Shown piece after piece: positions 33,657 to 45,748 of a stretch of 64,000 bases of DNA; positions within the stretch are counted from its first letter, which is position 1; each line of letters starts with the position of its first letter. Origin of the DNA: a bacterium (GTDB lineage: Bacteria > SAR324 > NAC60-12); contig CBDBHR010000023.1 of the NCBI GenBank assembly GCA_965205865.1, forward strand, positions 124,884-188,883, given 5' to 3'. The position numbers and the translations under genes are program-made. The notes beneath the pieces were generated by a model. The model worked only from the letters and a program-made list of their open reading frames with translations. It was not told the DNA's origin and did no database searches.

Positions 33657-34595
33657 CTACCGCTTTATCTGATCGTTGATCACCGCCCGTTTTTCGCTGT
33701 CGGACAAGGATTCCCAGTTTTTTCGTAACTGGTAGCGGACAGGACCGAACTTCTCTTGCCATCCGTGAGTATCGTCATAATTCATCAGTTGGCGAAACCG
33801 GTCATCGTGGCGTGCCAGCATTTCTTCGCTGAGGCGGCCCTGAAAGTTTTCCTGGATGCGGTAATGCCTGCCGCAGTAATCCGCATTGACCGATAAGCGC
33901 AGGCCGGGATTGTTCCGGGGAAAGGCGCCGTGCCAGACATTGCCGTGAAAGATCAAAACGGAACCGGCAGGAGCTTCCACCGGTACCACGTCTTCAACGC
34001 CTTCCATCGGTTTGGGATGCCGGCAAAGCTTATGGGAGCCTGGTATGATGCAAAAGGCCCCGTTGTCTTTGGTGTAGTCGGTGAGAATCCAATTGGTGTT
34101 GCACTTGTGCACTCCAACGGCAGGCAACACCGGGCCTCGATACAATGCTGTATCGTCGTGCATACCCAGGGTGGGACCATAGCCAACGGGATCCTGCCAT
34201 TTGATGAAACTGGTCAACGAAGACAACTGACAATCCTCCCCCAGATAGTATTCGATCAACGGTAAGGTCATCTTGTGTTGCACGATCTCCTCAAAGACCG
34301 GGTCTTCTTCGAAAAATGTAAAGAGGAGGTACTGACTGTTATTGGTGCCTTCCCCAATGAGAGTGCCGTGCTCGCCGGTTTCGATATCGTGTTTGATGCC
34401 GGTTCGTTCTTCCGCAATTCTCAGGATGGCAGCCCGCATGCGCTCCATTAGGCGGTCCCCTCTTATTTTTTCCGGTGGAATCACCGTCAAGCCATAGGCT
34501 TCCAACTCTTCCAGGTGCTTCATGAGACCTTGCTCCTTAATCCGTTGGTAGGCTGGGGAGACGGTTTTCAGTTGAGACCAGTGTTTAGTGCTCAT
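33657..34595 (-). CDS. Phytanoyl-CoA dioxygenase family protein
   Basis: HDD, NGAFCIIPGSH, WHG..R. Confidence 0.85.
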   Translation of the reverse strand: MSTKHWSQLKTVSPAYQRIKEQGLMKHLEELEAYGLTVIPPEKIRGDRLMERMRAAILRIAEERTGIKHDIETGEHGTLIGEGTNNSQYLLFTFFEEDPVFEEIVQHKMTLPLIEYYLGEDCQLSSLTSFIKWQDPVGYGPTLGMHDDTALYRGPVLPAVGVHKCNTNWILTDYTKDNGAFCIIPGSHKLCRHPKPMEGVEDVVPVEAPAGSVLIFHGNVWHGAFPRNNPGLRLSVNADYCGRHYRIQENFQGRLSEEMLARHDDRFRQLMNYDDTHGWQEKFGPVRYQLRKNWESLSDSEKRAVINDQIKR

Positions 34596-34764
34596 GAGTT
34601 TCTCCTTTTCGAACAAATTGTACTAAAAAAATCCTTGGCGATTGAGACATATCAAACTCTCTGGAAAACCATAGCATCTGTAAACAGGCGCGTAAAGAAT
34701 AAGATTGAACTGTTCACTCAGTTGCCTTTTTTTAATTTCTGAAACTGTGTCAAGCGTTTTAGTC

Positions 34765-35170
34765 CCATACGTGATGTTGACCATCACGCTGGCCTGGAGC
34801 GCCCCCTAGTCAACGTAATGCGCCCCCGCCTGGTGGAAGCCCTGAGGCCGCATCCTTGAGCATAATGGGCAGGGTATAATTTTTATTATTGGACATGAGA
34901 ATCAAGGCAGCCAGGAATTCATTCCACGAATTGATAAAGGCAAAGATGGCCACAGTGATGATCCCTGGGCGCACCGGGATCACCATCACCCGCCAAAACA
35001 TTTCGAAGGAATTGCAACCATCCATCAAGGCCGCATCCTCGATCTCGCGGGAAATGGCGTCAAACGTATTGCGCATCACGAAGACCCCAAAGGGCAGTTG
35101 CCAGGTGATGTAGACCAGCGCGCGTCCTAACAGTGAGTTACTCAACTTCACCTTAACAAATAATAAAAAG
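34765..35170 (-). pseudogene. Carbohydrate ABC permease fragment
   Basis: EDAALMDGC, WNEFLAAL. Confidence 0.75.
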
Positions 35171-35226
35171 ATTTGACCCTTATTTTTTCGTGTAATGGTT
35201 CGATAGCTCATAACCCATTCATAAAT

Positions 35227-35285
35227 GTGTCATTCCGAACGAATGTGAGAAATCTCAAGGATCTCTCCCCGCGGTCGAGATGACA
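35227..35285. repeat. REP pair (TGTCATTCCGAAC...GAGATGACA)
   Basis: Two hairpins; homologous to 40976-41022 (reverse complement). Confidence 0.7.
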
Positions 35286-35418
35286 TCAAGGAGTACAACT
35301 TAACGAACCAAATACGATTAAGCATTAAGGGACATGAAAGACCCCAAGCCTCGCCCGCTGGCCTGGAAGTAATGCGGTTGGATGGGTTTTACGACCTGAT
35401 AGGAGAGAGTGTTTGCCG

Positions 35419-35930
35419 CTAAGAGAAGGGGTTGAGCAGTCTGGCGAGGAAGCCTCGTTTGCGCTTCGCGGCGCCGTAACTGCCCTCTCCGCCGCGCAGT
35501 CTTGGGTCGAACAGGTCCCTGAGGGCGTCGCCAAACATGTTGAGACTGTAAACGATAATAGTCAGGGCAAAACCAGGCCAGAGCGCCAGCCGTGGCGCCA
35601 TCTCCATGAATCGACGTCCTTCGCCGCTCAGCATCCCTCCCCAACTGGAAACCTCAGGGGGCAGACCGAATCCGAGGAAGCTCAGCGACGCCTCACTGAT
35701 AATCACCCCCCCGATGTTGATGGAGAAGATGATGATGACGGGCGCCATAATATTGGGCAGCACATGGCGGATCAGGATTTGGCTCATGGGGGTGCCCACG
35801 GCTTTGGCTGCCAGAAAATAGTCATTCTCTTTGACCCCAATCACGGCGCTTCGGACGACTCGGGAACCGACGATGCCTCCGGCGATCCCCAGGACCACGA
35901 TGATCTGGAAGATACCCTGTCCCACGACAG
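35419..35930 (-). pseudogene. DppC-like permease, N-terminally deleted
   Basis: Paralog of the C-terminal half of 9370-10338. Confidence 0.8.
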
Positions 35931-36565
35931 GGGCTAAAAGTATCTTCACAATACCCATACTAACCTCTTTTAATTGAGGGTGAAGAGAATGATTCACTCA
36001 GCCATTGAGCGAATCGGTTTTTTGTGGCAGACAAGGCGCCTGCCACGTTCAGCCTCACGACGGAGGCGACAAATTTCTGCTTACGTGATTTCAACATAGG
36101 GTTCTCCTTATAAAAAATGAACGAAACAAGGACGCTCTCAGACGTCCATGATTTTCCAAATTCACCCTTGCCTTTCCGTTCCTGGAACTTGGAACGTGGA
36201 ATTTGGGACTGGGAACGAGGAATCTTAAGGGTCTCTTCCCCTCGGACTGGGTGCTTCCGGTACGCTGATGCGCCGTATGAGGACCACCGTGCGCGGATCG
36301 GGCGTACCGACGGGTCCGTCGAGATGAGATAAGGGGGTAGAACTTGGGATTGGGAACTTGTTGCTTGGGGCTTGTGACTTAGAGCTTGAAACTGGAAACA
36401 AGGAACTAGGTGCCGAGTGCTTGATGATACTCTCATATCAACCTTTTGTCAATAATTTTTTATTCTCAAAACAGGTTAATTTCAGACTTTCATGTCATCC
36501 TGATTGACAGCAGACCGCTAAAAGCCATTTCGCGACAGCGACTCTTTAAGGATAATATTTTATAT

Positions 36566-38406
36566 CTAGATCCTAGCCGAAAAGGTATTTTTTAGAATTA
36601 TATCTTTAAACTTGAGGTTAGAAAGTGCCATAATTCATTGAAATAACTGTGAATAACTTCAATATTAAGAATTATGGCACCCAAAATGAAACCATTCATT
36701 CGAGCAGAAAAACATCTTTTTTTAAGCGCTCCTGATACAGAATTTGAAAATTTCTTATCAGAACTTGATCAATTGTCTGAGCGAGAGCCGGAGATATTGG
36801 ACAAAATTGAACAGGATTTGGAGAAATACGCAAGAAATAAAAAGAAAGAGCGTTTAGAGGATAAACGATGGCAGGAAGCCCGGAATCCATGGCTTCCTCA
36901 TCTTCCCGTAGAAGATGAGGAATTGAAGCCGGAAGAACTGAGGCTGGAAATAGGGTGTCCTCGGATGTCGGCTTTTTTAGTCTACCTTTTTATGATGATT
37001 CGGGGATATTTAGGAAGTATCAAATCCCAAACGGCCCAAATATTTCTTTCAGAGTCAATCACACTGCATCTGCTTCTGCTCAACCGTGGATTGAAAATGC
37101 CGGGAGCGAGTACAATCCTTGATAATGTCAATGCTGTCAGCAACGAGACCAGACAGTTTATTTTCGATGCTCAAATTCGAATGGTTCTCGATGAAGAGTT
37201 GGACGATTTTGATATTTTAAAACTGGATAGCACCTCTGTAAAAGGAAATACAGCTTGGCCTACTGATTCGTCGATATTGACTCGTCTCGTGGAGCGAAGC
37301 TACCATCGAGGGCGTTCCCTTGATACATTTGGAATCGCTGAGATCAGTGAAAGAAATTTTGATTTCCTCATCAAGGAGATGAATAAGCTCTCTAAGATGA
37401 TGGCTTTTGAGACAGGTAAAAAGGACAGTAAAACGAAGCGAAAAAAACATTACAAAACCCTATTGAAGAAAGCTCAAAGCGCTCATGGGAAATTTTTAAA
37501 AGAAATGGCAAAGGTGGATATCCGTGCCCAAAAAGCTCTTCTCCCCCCTTCTCGGAAAACGCGTTTGATTCGCCTCATTGAAATGATGAATGAAGATATT
37601 TCTAATTTGCAACGGGTAATCATCTACTGTCATCAAAGAGTTTTTGAAGAAAAGAAGGTTCCTTCCACTGAGAAAGTATTGAGTCTTTCCGATCAGAGCT
37701 CGGCTTATATTCAAAAGGGAGATCGAGAAGCGCTTATCGGATATAAGCCTCAATTAGGAAGGAGCGGAAATGGTTTTATTTCCGTGTTAATTACTCCGGA
37801 GGGCAATGCTGCTGATTCAGGGCAACTCGACCCTGCCCTTGTTGAACATTTGCGATGCACCATCACCATTCCCTCTGAAGTGAGCCTTGATGATGGATAT
37901 GCCAATCAGGCGATCAGAGAAAAGTGGATGGGCAAAGGCGTTAAGGTTTTTAGTATTAGTGGGGCAAAGGGAAAAAAGATGACCCCGATTGAAGAATGGG
38001 AAAGTGAAATCTATTTGGAATCACGAAATGGAAGATCTGCTGCAGAGTCGTTGATGTTTCATCTTAAGCATCGTTTCCATTTCGGACAAGTTATGCGCAG
38101 AGGGATTGAAAACGTTCGGGCAGAGTTGCTGGAAAAAGCATTAACCTATAATTTTTGCAAAATGATTGAGTTGAAAAAAAGACAACTCAAACAAGCGGCC
38201 TGAATATTCAATGGGGGAGTGTGAAATATGAGCAGGGGCGAGGAAAGTATGTCCAAAAAAGATTTTTTCCCTATAAAAACTGTGCTGTGGGCGAATAAAA
38301 AACAAAAATAAATCGTTTTCTCGTCATATTGAATCAAATAGAGAATCCAATAGAATCAAATTGGTTACATTTACTATTTTCGAAACCCTTTTCGGCTAGG
38401 GTCTAG
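36566..38406 (+). mobile_element. Insertion sequence with CTAG-bounded TIRs
   Basis: CTAGATCCTAGCCGAAAAGG ... CCTTTTCGGCTAGGGTCTAG. Confidence 0.8.
36674..38203 (+). CDS. DDE transposase (IS5/ISNCY-like)
   Basis: LDST..N..WPTDS, GYK.QL, LDDGY, R..AE..LK. Confidence 0.85.
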   Translation: MAPKMKPFIRAEKHLFLSAPDTEFENFLSELDQLSEREPEILDKIEQDLEKYARNKKKERLEDKRWQEARNPWLPHLPVEDEELKPEELRLEIGCPRMSAFLVYLFMMIRGYLGSIKSQTAQIFLSESITLHLLLLNRGLKMPGASTILDNVNAVSNETRQFIFDAQIRMVLDEELDDFDILKLDSTSVKGNTAWPTDSSILTRLVERSYHRGRSLDTFGIAEISERNFDFLIKEMNKLSKMMAFETGKKDSKTKRKKHYKTLLKKAQSAHGKFLKEMAKVDIRAQKALLPPSRKTRLIRLIEMMNEDISNLQRVIIYCHQRVFEEKKVPSTEKVLSLSDQSSAYIQKGDREALIGYKPQLGRSGNGFISVLITPEGNAADSGQLDPALVEHLRCTITIPSEVSLDDGYANQAIREKWMGKGVKVFSISGAKGKKMTPIEEWESEIYLESRNGRSAAESLMFHLKHRFHFGQVMRRGIENVRAELLEKALTYNFCKMIELKKRQLKQAA

Positions 38407-38413
38407 CTATAAG

Positions 38414-39694
38414 TTGGGTGTGCCGCGCTATAATATGCCACAATATCAAGGCGTGGAGTCGGTAACAGCTACGGATAGGTACACGGTTACAATAAAGATT
38501 AAAGAATTCATTCCTGAATGGTTTGCTTTCATTGGATACACGCATTCGACTGGGGCGCCGACCATCGTACCTCGTGAGCTGACGGACGAGGCTATGAAAG
38601 ACTGGAAGACTCATGTAGGGCTGGGGACAGGCCCGTTTCATCTCGAGGACGTCGTGGAAGGCAGCACGGTATCTTACGTAAGGAATCCCAATTACTGGGA
38701 CAGTTACGTATTCAATGACAAGAAATACGAGATCCCGTTTATCGACCGCCTGGTAAAAACTTTCATAAAGGATAAATCCTCCCAGGTCGCTGCCTTACGA
38801 ACAGGGAAGATTGACGTGTATGATGTACTCGAAAAAAAGTTCGTCGACTCGCTAAAAAGATCAAGTCCCGAAATGAAGATGATAGAGAGAGCGGCGGAGA
38901 GAACCTGGAGAATCGGCATGAGGCTGGATGTGAAGCCCTTTGACGATCTCAGGGTGCGCAAAGCAATCAGCATGGCTATAGATCGAGAAGCCTTTATCAA
39001 AACCTTGCAGGGAGGTGCTGGAGTGATTTTAAACGCTGAGCTCCATGCAGGACTTCCAGAGACTCTCTTCACTCCTATGGAGAAGCTACCGCGATCAACT
39101 CAGGAAAATTTTGAGTATAACCCTGATCGTGCGAGGCAACTATTAGCCGAGGCAGGCTACCCGAACGGTTTCGAGACTACCATACAAGCATATGCACGGG
39201 AGCCTGAGCGAGATGTGGTGTCTTTTCTGACAGCTATGTGGAAGGATATCGGAATCGACGTTAAAATTGATCTGCGGGATTCGTCTACTTTGGATGGAAT
39301 ACTTCAAAAAAATGAGCATGCGCCGATGACTTTTCTTGCTAACTCAACAGGTATGGGCATTCCGGGATTTTCTGTGGAAGTTTTTATGGTTGATGAGAAT
39401 CAAACTTATATGACCACGATAGTTGATGACCCTGAAATAAACGAGATTTTTGCAAAGTGGTCACAAACAACGGACCCAGTTGAAGCGAACAAGATCATGA
39501 AGGGTTTGAACCAGTTGTGGCTGGCGAAAGCTTATTATGCCTATGCACCATCTCCAATGGTAACCACGGCTTACTGGCCATGGGTGGAGAACTGGGCCGG
39601 CGAAGTCAATGAAACCTGTTGTTTTTCTGTAGGCGCGATTTTCGCTCGTGCCTGGATCAACAGCGATTTAAAGGCAGAAATATTGGGACAGTAA
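38414..39694 (+). pseudogene. Family 5 ABC substrate-binding protein, N-terminus lost at the IS
   Basis: GTGPF, VRKAISMAIDR; no signal peptide. Confidence 0.8.
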
Positions 39695-39764
39695 TGAGCC
39701 CATCGGGGAATGGAGCGATCTCATTCCCCGATTATGAGAGGGTAGAGAAACAAGGGGATACAAA

Positions 39765-40742
39765 ATGCAAGCCTACATCATCAGGCGAGTCCTGCTGATT
39801 ATACCCACTATATTCGTAGTGAGTCTCATCGTGTTCTTTGCCATTCGCTTAATTCCCGGCGATGTCGTGTCCCAGATGGCATCTGGGCTGGGAAATATGT
39901 CAGAAATGACCAAAGAGGAAGTAAGAAAACGCCTGGGACTGGATGCGCCGATCCCTGTCCAATACGGACGCTGGGTAGGAGTGATTCGGGACCAACATGG
40001 CTCTTTTTCCGGACTTTTTCAAGGCAGCCTTGGATTATCCCTATGGACCCAGCTCCCGGTGACTGGGATAGTCCTCAAGCGATTACCATTAACCTTTGAG
40101 CTTGCTCTCTTGACTTTGACAATAGCCGTCCTCCTGGCCCTCCCTATCGGGATCTATTCAGCGATACGGCAGAACACCATGGGCGACTACACCGCGCGCA
40201 GCTTTTCTATGTTTGCTATCGCGATGCCCGACTTCTGGCTGGGGACGCTGGTAATCGTCTTCCCCTCGCTTTGGTGGGGGTGGTCTCCGCCGCTAGAGTA
40301 TACCAGTTTCACGAAGGACCCGCTTAAAAACCTGGGGCAGTTCATCGTGCCCTCTCTTGTTTTGGGTATGCTGATGTCGGGGTTAGTCATGAGGATGACG
40401 CGAACCATGATGCTGGAGATCCTCAGGCAAGATTACATCAGGACAGGTTGGTCAAAGGGACTCAAGGAGAAGGTGGTCATCCTCCGGCATGCGCTTCCCA
40501 ACGCCCTCATTCCGGTGATCACCGTCATCGGATTTATGTTACCGTGGGTGATTGGGGGGACCATTATCATAGAGAGGATATTCGGCTTGCCCGGCCTGGG
40601 TCATTTATTGGTACAGGCCATTAATGATAGAGACTATCCCGTAATCTCCGGAATAACGATATTTGCCGCTATCATTATAATGCTGGCCAATCTAGTGATT
40701 GACTTGACCTACGCCCTTCTGGACCCCAGGATTCGGTATTGA
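39765..40742 (+). CDS. DppB/OppB-like permease
   Basis: RQDYIRT, RDYP, LDPRIRY. Confidence 0.92.
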   Translation: MQAYIIRRVLLIIPTIFVVSLIVFFAIRLIPGDVVSQMASGLGNMSEMTKEEVRKRLGLDAPIPVQYGRWVGVIRDQHGSFSGLFQGSLGLSLWTQLPVTGIVLKRLPLTFELALLTLTIAVLLALPIGIYSAIRQNTMGDYTARSFSMFAIAMPDFWLGTLVIVFPSLWWGWSPPLEYTSFTKDPLKNLGQFIVPSLVLGMLMSGLVMRMTRTMMLEILRQDYIRTGWSKGLKEKVVILRHALPNALIPVITVIGFMLPWVIGGTIIIERIFGLPGLGHLLVQAINDRDYPVISGITIFAAIIIMLANLVIDLTYALLDPRIRY

Positions 40743-40784
40743 TAAGGGGGTTATTGCATTTCCCCATTGAGTGAAACACAAATG

Positions 40785-41022
40785 TGTCATCTCCCTAGTA
40801 CTGCTGTCAGGAAATAGTTGACCCTTTGTTGAGGCAATGATTGTGCCCTATTTGTCATTCCGGGCGAAGACCCGGAATCCAGGGGACTTACCCAAGAACT
40901 CCTGGATCCCGGATCAAGTCCGGGATGACACAGAAAGGGTCAATTACTTCGTAACACCTGTACTAGGCGGGCCCCCTCCGCAGGGAGAGATCTTAAGATC
41001 CCTCACATTCGTTCGGGATGAC
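40785..41022. mobile_element. Nested repeat: REP pair containing a CTAG-bounded MITE (40795-40966) containing a REP pair (40854-40930)
   Basis: TIRs CTAGTACTGCTGTCAGGAAATAGTTGACCCTT / AAGGGTCAATTACTTCGTAACACCTGTACTAG; inner TGTCATTCCGGGCGAAGACCCGGAATCCA. Confidence 0.75.
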
Positions 41023-41050
41023 ACTGCGGTTTAAGCATTTGAGAAACACT

Positions 41051-41992
41051 ATGGTGAAGAACGATACCCTGGAAATCCCACCCGAAATCAGGGAGCCCAG
41101 GCAACGTGCCAGGCCGGTGGTGTTCTTGACCAGGCTGGTCAAGGAGCAACCCCTGGGTCTTATTGGGGGAATTATCGTGCTGCTCTTTCTTTTTACTGGT
41201 ATTTTTGCCGATTGGCTGGCGCCTTATGGAGTGAACGACATTCACCCGAGAGATTACCTGCATCCCCCCTCATTTAAGTATTTCCTCGGGGCGGACAACC
41301 TGGGGCGGGACATTTATAGCCGTATTGTCTTTGGGGCTCGTATCTCGATGATTGTCGGTTTAGGGGCGACTGCTCTGGCGATACTGATTGCCTTATTGAT
41401 CGGGGTCCCTTCCGGGTTTTTCGGCGGTAAGTTCGATATGGTGGCGCAGCGGTTTGTGGATGGCTGGATTTGCTTTCCCCCGTTCATCATTTTCTTATTT
41501 GCGGTCTCTATCGTGGGGCCAGGGATGTGGCAGCTGGTTATCGCGATGGGGTTGGTACAAGGTATCGGCGTTTCAAGGATCATGAGAAGCGCCGTTATCG
41601 CCATTCGAGAGAATATGTATGTAGAAGCGGCGGTGGCGATTGGCAGTCCGACTACGAAAATCATAACCCGACATATCCTGCCCAATATTATGCCGACCAT
41701 CATCATCCTATTTTCGGCAACTGTGCCAAGTATGATTTTAGGGGAAGCCGCCCTCAGCTTCCTGGGTTTGGGCATCCCCCCGCCAGATCCTACCTGGGGA
41801 GGAATGCTCAGTGGCTCCGGACGCTCTTACATGTTCCTATCTCCTTTGATGTCCATCTGGCCTGGTCTTGCTCTGATGATTGTCGTCTACGGCCTCAATA
41901 TTTTCGGCGACGCCCTCAGGGATTTGCTCGACCCCCGGTTGCGGGGCGCTACAGGGCGCTATGGCGGGTCTCGCCAAAAGAGAGCTTCATGA
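41051..41992 (+). CDS. DppC/OppC-like permease
   Basis: LGADNLGRD, HILPN, GDALRDLLDPR. Confidence 0.92.
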   Translation: MVKNDTLEIPPEIREPRQRARPVVFLTRLVKEQPLGLIGGIIVLLFLFTGIFADWLAPYGVNDIHPRDYLHPPSFKYFLGADNLGRDIYSRIVFGARISMIVGLGATALAILIALLIGVPSGFFGGKFDMVAQRFVDGWICFPPFIIFLFAVSIVGPGMWQLVIAMGLVQGIGVSRIMRSAVIAIRENMYVEAAVAIGSPTTKIITRHILPNIMPTIIILFSATVPSMILGEAALSFLGLGIPPPDPTWGGMLSGSGRSYMFLSPLMSIWPGLALMIVVYGLNIFGDALRDLLDPRLRGATGRYGGSRQKRAS

Positions 41993-42029
41993 TTTTTATT
42001 ATTGTGAACGCCTCAAAGGCTATTTATTG

Positions 42030-42270
42030 GGTCCCCCCGAGGGGGCCGGTTCGCTCTCACACAGTGGAAGGTGAGAAAACCCCGGAGGGGTGACAGGGCA
42101 TAGCAGCCATTTATGGCTGGGCTAGGCCACCAAACGGTTTTAGTCCCAGAGGGACGACACTTTTTCTCAGGGCGCTTTCAGTGTCGTCCCTCCGGGACTG
42201 GAACCCTCATCAAAATCGGTCCCCAGCCATCAATGGCTGGGCTATAACCTTTCGTCCCTCCGGGACTAAA
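42030..42270. repeat. REP/BIME-like palindrome cluster
   Basis: Repeated GTCCCTCCGGGAC and CAGCCATYWATGGCTG hairpins. Confidence 0.7.
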
Positions 42271-42470
42271 ATAGGACCGCAGCGCACGGTCAAACCTATA
42301 TGGGTCCCCCGCCAGAGGTGGGGGGTTTATTCAAATTAATGAGAAAAAGGAAACGCAACATGGCAAAAAATTACACACTCCTCATTGGCACCGTCGGCCA
42401 AGGGCTGAACGTGAGTGCCGATGGCGGTGAATCAAAGAAATAATGTAAACTTTTTTCAGGAAAGTAAAAA

Positions 42471-43373
42471 ATGGCTGTACAATTACCAACACCGCAACAA
42501 ATACGAGAACTTGCCGATGAAATGGGTCTGGATTTAACTGATGCGGATGTTGAATCTTATATGGGTCTGCTTCAGGGTAATGTCGATGCTTACAATGTGG
42601 TTGATGCGATGCCTGATAATCTCCCGCTTGTGAAGTATCCACGAACACCCGGCTATCACCCCAGGGGTGAAGAAAATCAGTATAATGCCTGGTATGTGAA
42701 GACAGAAGTTAAAGGGGCTGCTCAAGGAAAACTTCAAGGAAAAACCGTTGTCTTGAAAGATAACGTCATGCTGGCTGGTGTTCCCATGATGAATGGATCT
42801 TCCCTTTTGGAGGGGTATGTTCCTGACATAGATGCGACGATTGTCACACGGCTTTTGGATGCAGGGGCTACGATTGTCGGAAAAGCCCACTGCGAAAATC
42901 TTAGCGCGTCTGGTGGCAGTCATACCAATTCAAAAGGACCGGTACATAACCCCCATAAAAGAGGATATAGTGCTGGCGGATCATCTTCTGGCAGTGCTGT
43001 CCTTGTTGCTACAGGAGAGGTCGACCTCGCGATTGGTGGAGATCAAGGGGGATCCATTAGAATACCTGCGGCTTGCTGTGGGATATATGGAATGAAGCCT
43101 ACCTATGGGCTTGTCCCTTATACAGGCATATGGTCGGGTGCGGTTTATGCAGATCATACGGCTCCTCTGACAAATAATGTCGAAGACAACGCATTAATGC
43201 TGGAAGTGATTGCGGGTGTGGATGGATATGATCCCAGGCAATCTAATGTGAAAACACAGCGCTACACGGAGGCTCTTAAGGGGAAAGACGGTCTAGAAGG
43301 CATGAAGATAGCCGTGGTCAAAGAAGCAACTGATAGCATTTTCACGACAGCGACTAACTTGGAGACAACATGA
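42471..43373 (+). pseudogene. Amidase signature enzyme, C-terminally truncated
   Basis: GGSSSGS, GGDQGGSIRIP; only 300 aa with an abrupt end. Confidence 0.8.
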
Positions 43374-43396
43374 CAGAGATTTGGAGGGCAGACACC

Positions 43397-44281
43397 ATGC
43401 GCAGTTTTGAAGGGAAGGTTGGGCTCGTAACGGGCGGGGGTAGCGGGATCGGCCGCGGCATCTGCCTGGCACTCGCCGACGCGGGAGCCAACCTGATTGT
43501 TGCCGACATCGACCTCGACAACGCGGCACGAGTCGCCGAAGAGGTGACGGGCAAGGGGGTTCGAGGGATTCCCGTGCACGTCGACGTCAGGAAGACGGAT
43601 TCGGTCGCCGCACTCGCCGAGACCGCGACGCGGGAGATGGATGGCGTCGACATCGTGTGCAACAACGCCGGGGTCTTTCTTGGCGGCAAGATGCGCGACA
43701 CCACCGAGGACGACTGGCGCTTCGTCTTGTCAGTGAACCTCGACGGGGTCTTTCGGGTGGGGCAGTGCTTCGCCCAGCTCCTGCGTGAGCAGAACCGAGG
43801 GGGACACATCGTGAACACAGCCTCGGTCGGGGGCTTCCTGTCCTACAGTAACTCCGTCGCCTATCACGTCAGCAAGCACGGGGTCGTCGCCTACAGCGAA
43901 GCCTTGCGTGCCGACCTGGAACCCGATGGCATCGGGGTCTCGACCCTGTGCCCCGGGGAAGTCGTCACCAACCTGGCAGACTGTGATCGACTGCGCGACC
44001 CCGAAGATCAGGTAGGCTTACAGTCCGAAGCCGTGAGGGAATGGGATCGCGATGGATTGCAACCGGAAGAGGTCGGCGCGATCGTCGTGTCGGGCATTCG
44101 TCACAACGCCGCCTACATCTATACCCACGACTTTAGCGAGCCCTTGGCCGACCGGCTCCAACGGGTGCTGAAGGACTTGAAGGACGGATTGCCCCTAGTA
44201 AAAGGTGCTTCCGGCTCATGGTACCAACGGGTGCTGAAGGGCTTCGAGTTTAAGGATTTGAAGCCGCCTCGGAAGAAGTGA
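43397..44281 (+). CDS. SDR family oxidoreductase
   Basis: TGGGSGIG, NNAG, YHVSK. Confidence 0.9.
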   Translation: MRSFEGKVGLVTGGGSGIGRGICLALADAGANLIVADIDLDNAARVAEEVTGKGVRGIPVHVDVRKTDSVAALAETATREMDGVDIVCNNAGVFLGGKMRDTTEDDWRFVLSVNLDGVFRVGQCFAQLLREQNRGGHIVNTASVGGFLSYSNSVAYHVSKHGVVAYSEALRADLEPDGIGVSTLCPGEVVTNLADCDRLRDPEDQVGLQSEAVREWDRDGLQPEEVGAIVVSGIRHNAAYIYTHDFSEPLADRLQRVLKDLKDGLPLVKGASGSWYQRVLKGFEFKDLKPPRKK

Positions 44282-44351
44282 TCGACTGGGCTCCCGCTTC
44301 GCCTGCCTTTGGGTCAACCGGGTGGGCTGATTAAATTTAATCGAGAGGCTC

Positions 44352-45191
44352 ATGAAAGTTTCTGAAAAAATCGCCATGATCACAGGAGGAGGCACCGGAG
44401 TGGGGAGAGCCACTGCTTTGCAACTCGCATCCAAAGGATGCTCTATCTTGATCAATTATAGCCGTTCCCACCAGGAAAAGGTACTCAAAGAGGCAGAAGG
44501 TCTCACCGGCGAAATTGCGTATAAAAAGTGTGATGTCATGAAAAAAGAGGACATCACCGCCCTGGTTGAATTCACTCTGGAGCAATATGGGAGAATTGAC
44601 GTTATGGCAAACAATGCCATCATCGATAATCCTGGTGGGCTGTTGGAGGATGTCACGCTGGAAGACTGGGAAGACGGGCTTTTTTGCCATCTGACGGCGC
44701 CCCTTTTGTTCTGTAAGGAGGTGGTTCCTTCTATGATAAAGCAGGGCGGTGGGAGCATTATTAATGTCTCATCAGGCAACGCTCTTTTCGGAAGTCTTAG
44801 TATTTCATCGTATGGCCCGGCAAAGGCGGGCATGATCAATTTCACCATGAGTCTGGCTGTTACCTATGGCCCCTATGGGATTCGGGCCAATACGCTTACC
44901 CCTGCCCGAATGCTCACTGAGAAAAAACTCGAAATGCTCAAGGGTAATCCGGCAGAAGTCAGAAGGCAGAAATATGTCTATCCCATGGGCAGCCCCGCCC
45001 AGCCAGAACAGGTAGCTGATGTCATGCTCTTTCTCGCTTCCGATGAATCAGCAGCTATCACTGGGCACAACTTAGTCGCGGATCGAGGAGTTGCGGCATT
45101 CCACCCTCACGGCGTGCCTGGACGACTGGAAGCGAATATCCGGGACGAGTTGGAAGCTCAAGGATCAGAATGGATAAAGGGTGAAAAATGA
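44352..45191 (+). CDS. SDR family oxidoreductase
   Basis: TGGGTGVG, YGPAK. Confidence 0.9.
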   Translation: MKVSEKIAMITGGGTGVGRATALQLASKGCSILINYSRSHQEKVLKEAEGLTGEIAYKKCDVMKKEDITALVEFTLEQYGRIDVMANNAIIDNPGGLLEDVTLEDWEDGLFCHLTAPLLFCKEVVPSMIKQGGGSIINVSSGNALFGSLSISSYGPAKAGMINFTMSLAVTYGPYGIRANTLTPARMLTEKKLEMLKGNPAEVRRQKYVYPMGSPAQPEQVADVMLFLASDESAAITGHNLVADRGVAAFHPHGVPGRLEANIRDELEAQGSEWIKGEK

Positions 45192-45534
45192 ATGAACAAC
45201 AGCTTTATTTTTATCCGAACAACAGAAAAGGAGCCCTCATGAAAGTCGGATCGCGAAAGCAGCTATTTATAGATCGGCGATTCTTTGATACCGCCTCCGG
45301 TATAAAGCTATGGATGAATCGCCACATAGGAAAATCAAAAATTTTCAGAAGACCTTACCATTTGAAGAGGGGTGTGTAAAGGGAAATTGAGGAAGGATTT
45401 TGTTTTTTTTGGCAGGTTTCTTGACGGGATGGGGGAGCTATTGAATGTTTGGCTGCTGGCGGTCCGCCGGTGCGGCCGGTACGCCGAGCGGGCACCCCGC
45501 TTTTTTCTGGGTGTGCTTAAAAAAAGCCAGATTG

Positions 45535-45748
45535 GCGTCAGCCTCTGGAACAGCGCGGGAGAATTACTGACGCGCTGGGGAGGAGAGGACACTTTAGAAC
45601 CTGGCAACTTCTGCATCCCCCATGCGATATGCGTGGACTCGCGAGGGGACATCTATGTCGGCGATCTCCCAGGGAGAGGCATGATGCCCACAGGCTATAA
45701 CACCTTGCAGAAATTTGCCAGGGTAGTCTAGCTGGAAGCGCGGTTCTA
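45535..45748 (+). pseudogene. Duplicated C-terminal fragment of the NHL-repeat gene
   Basis: Near-identical to about 52490-52702. Confidence 0.8.
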
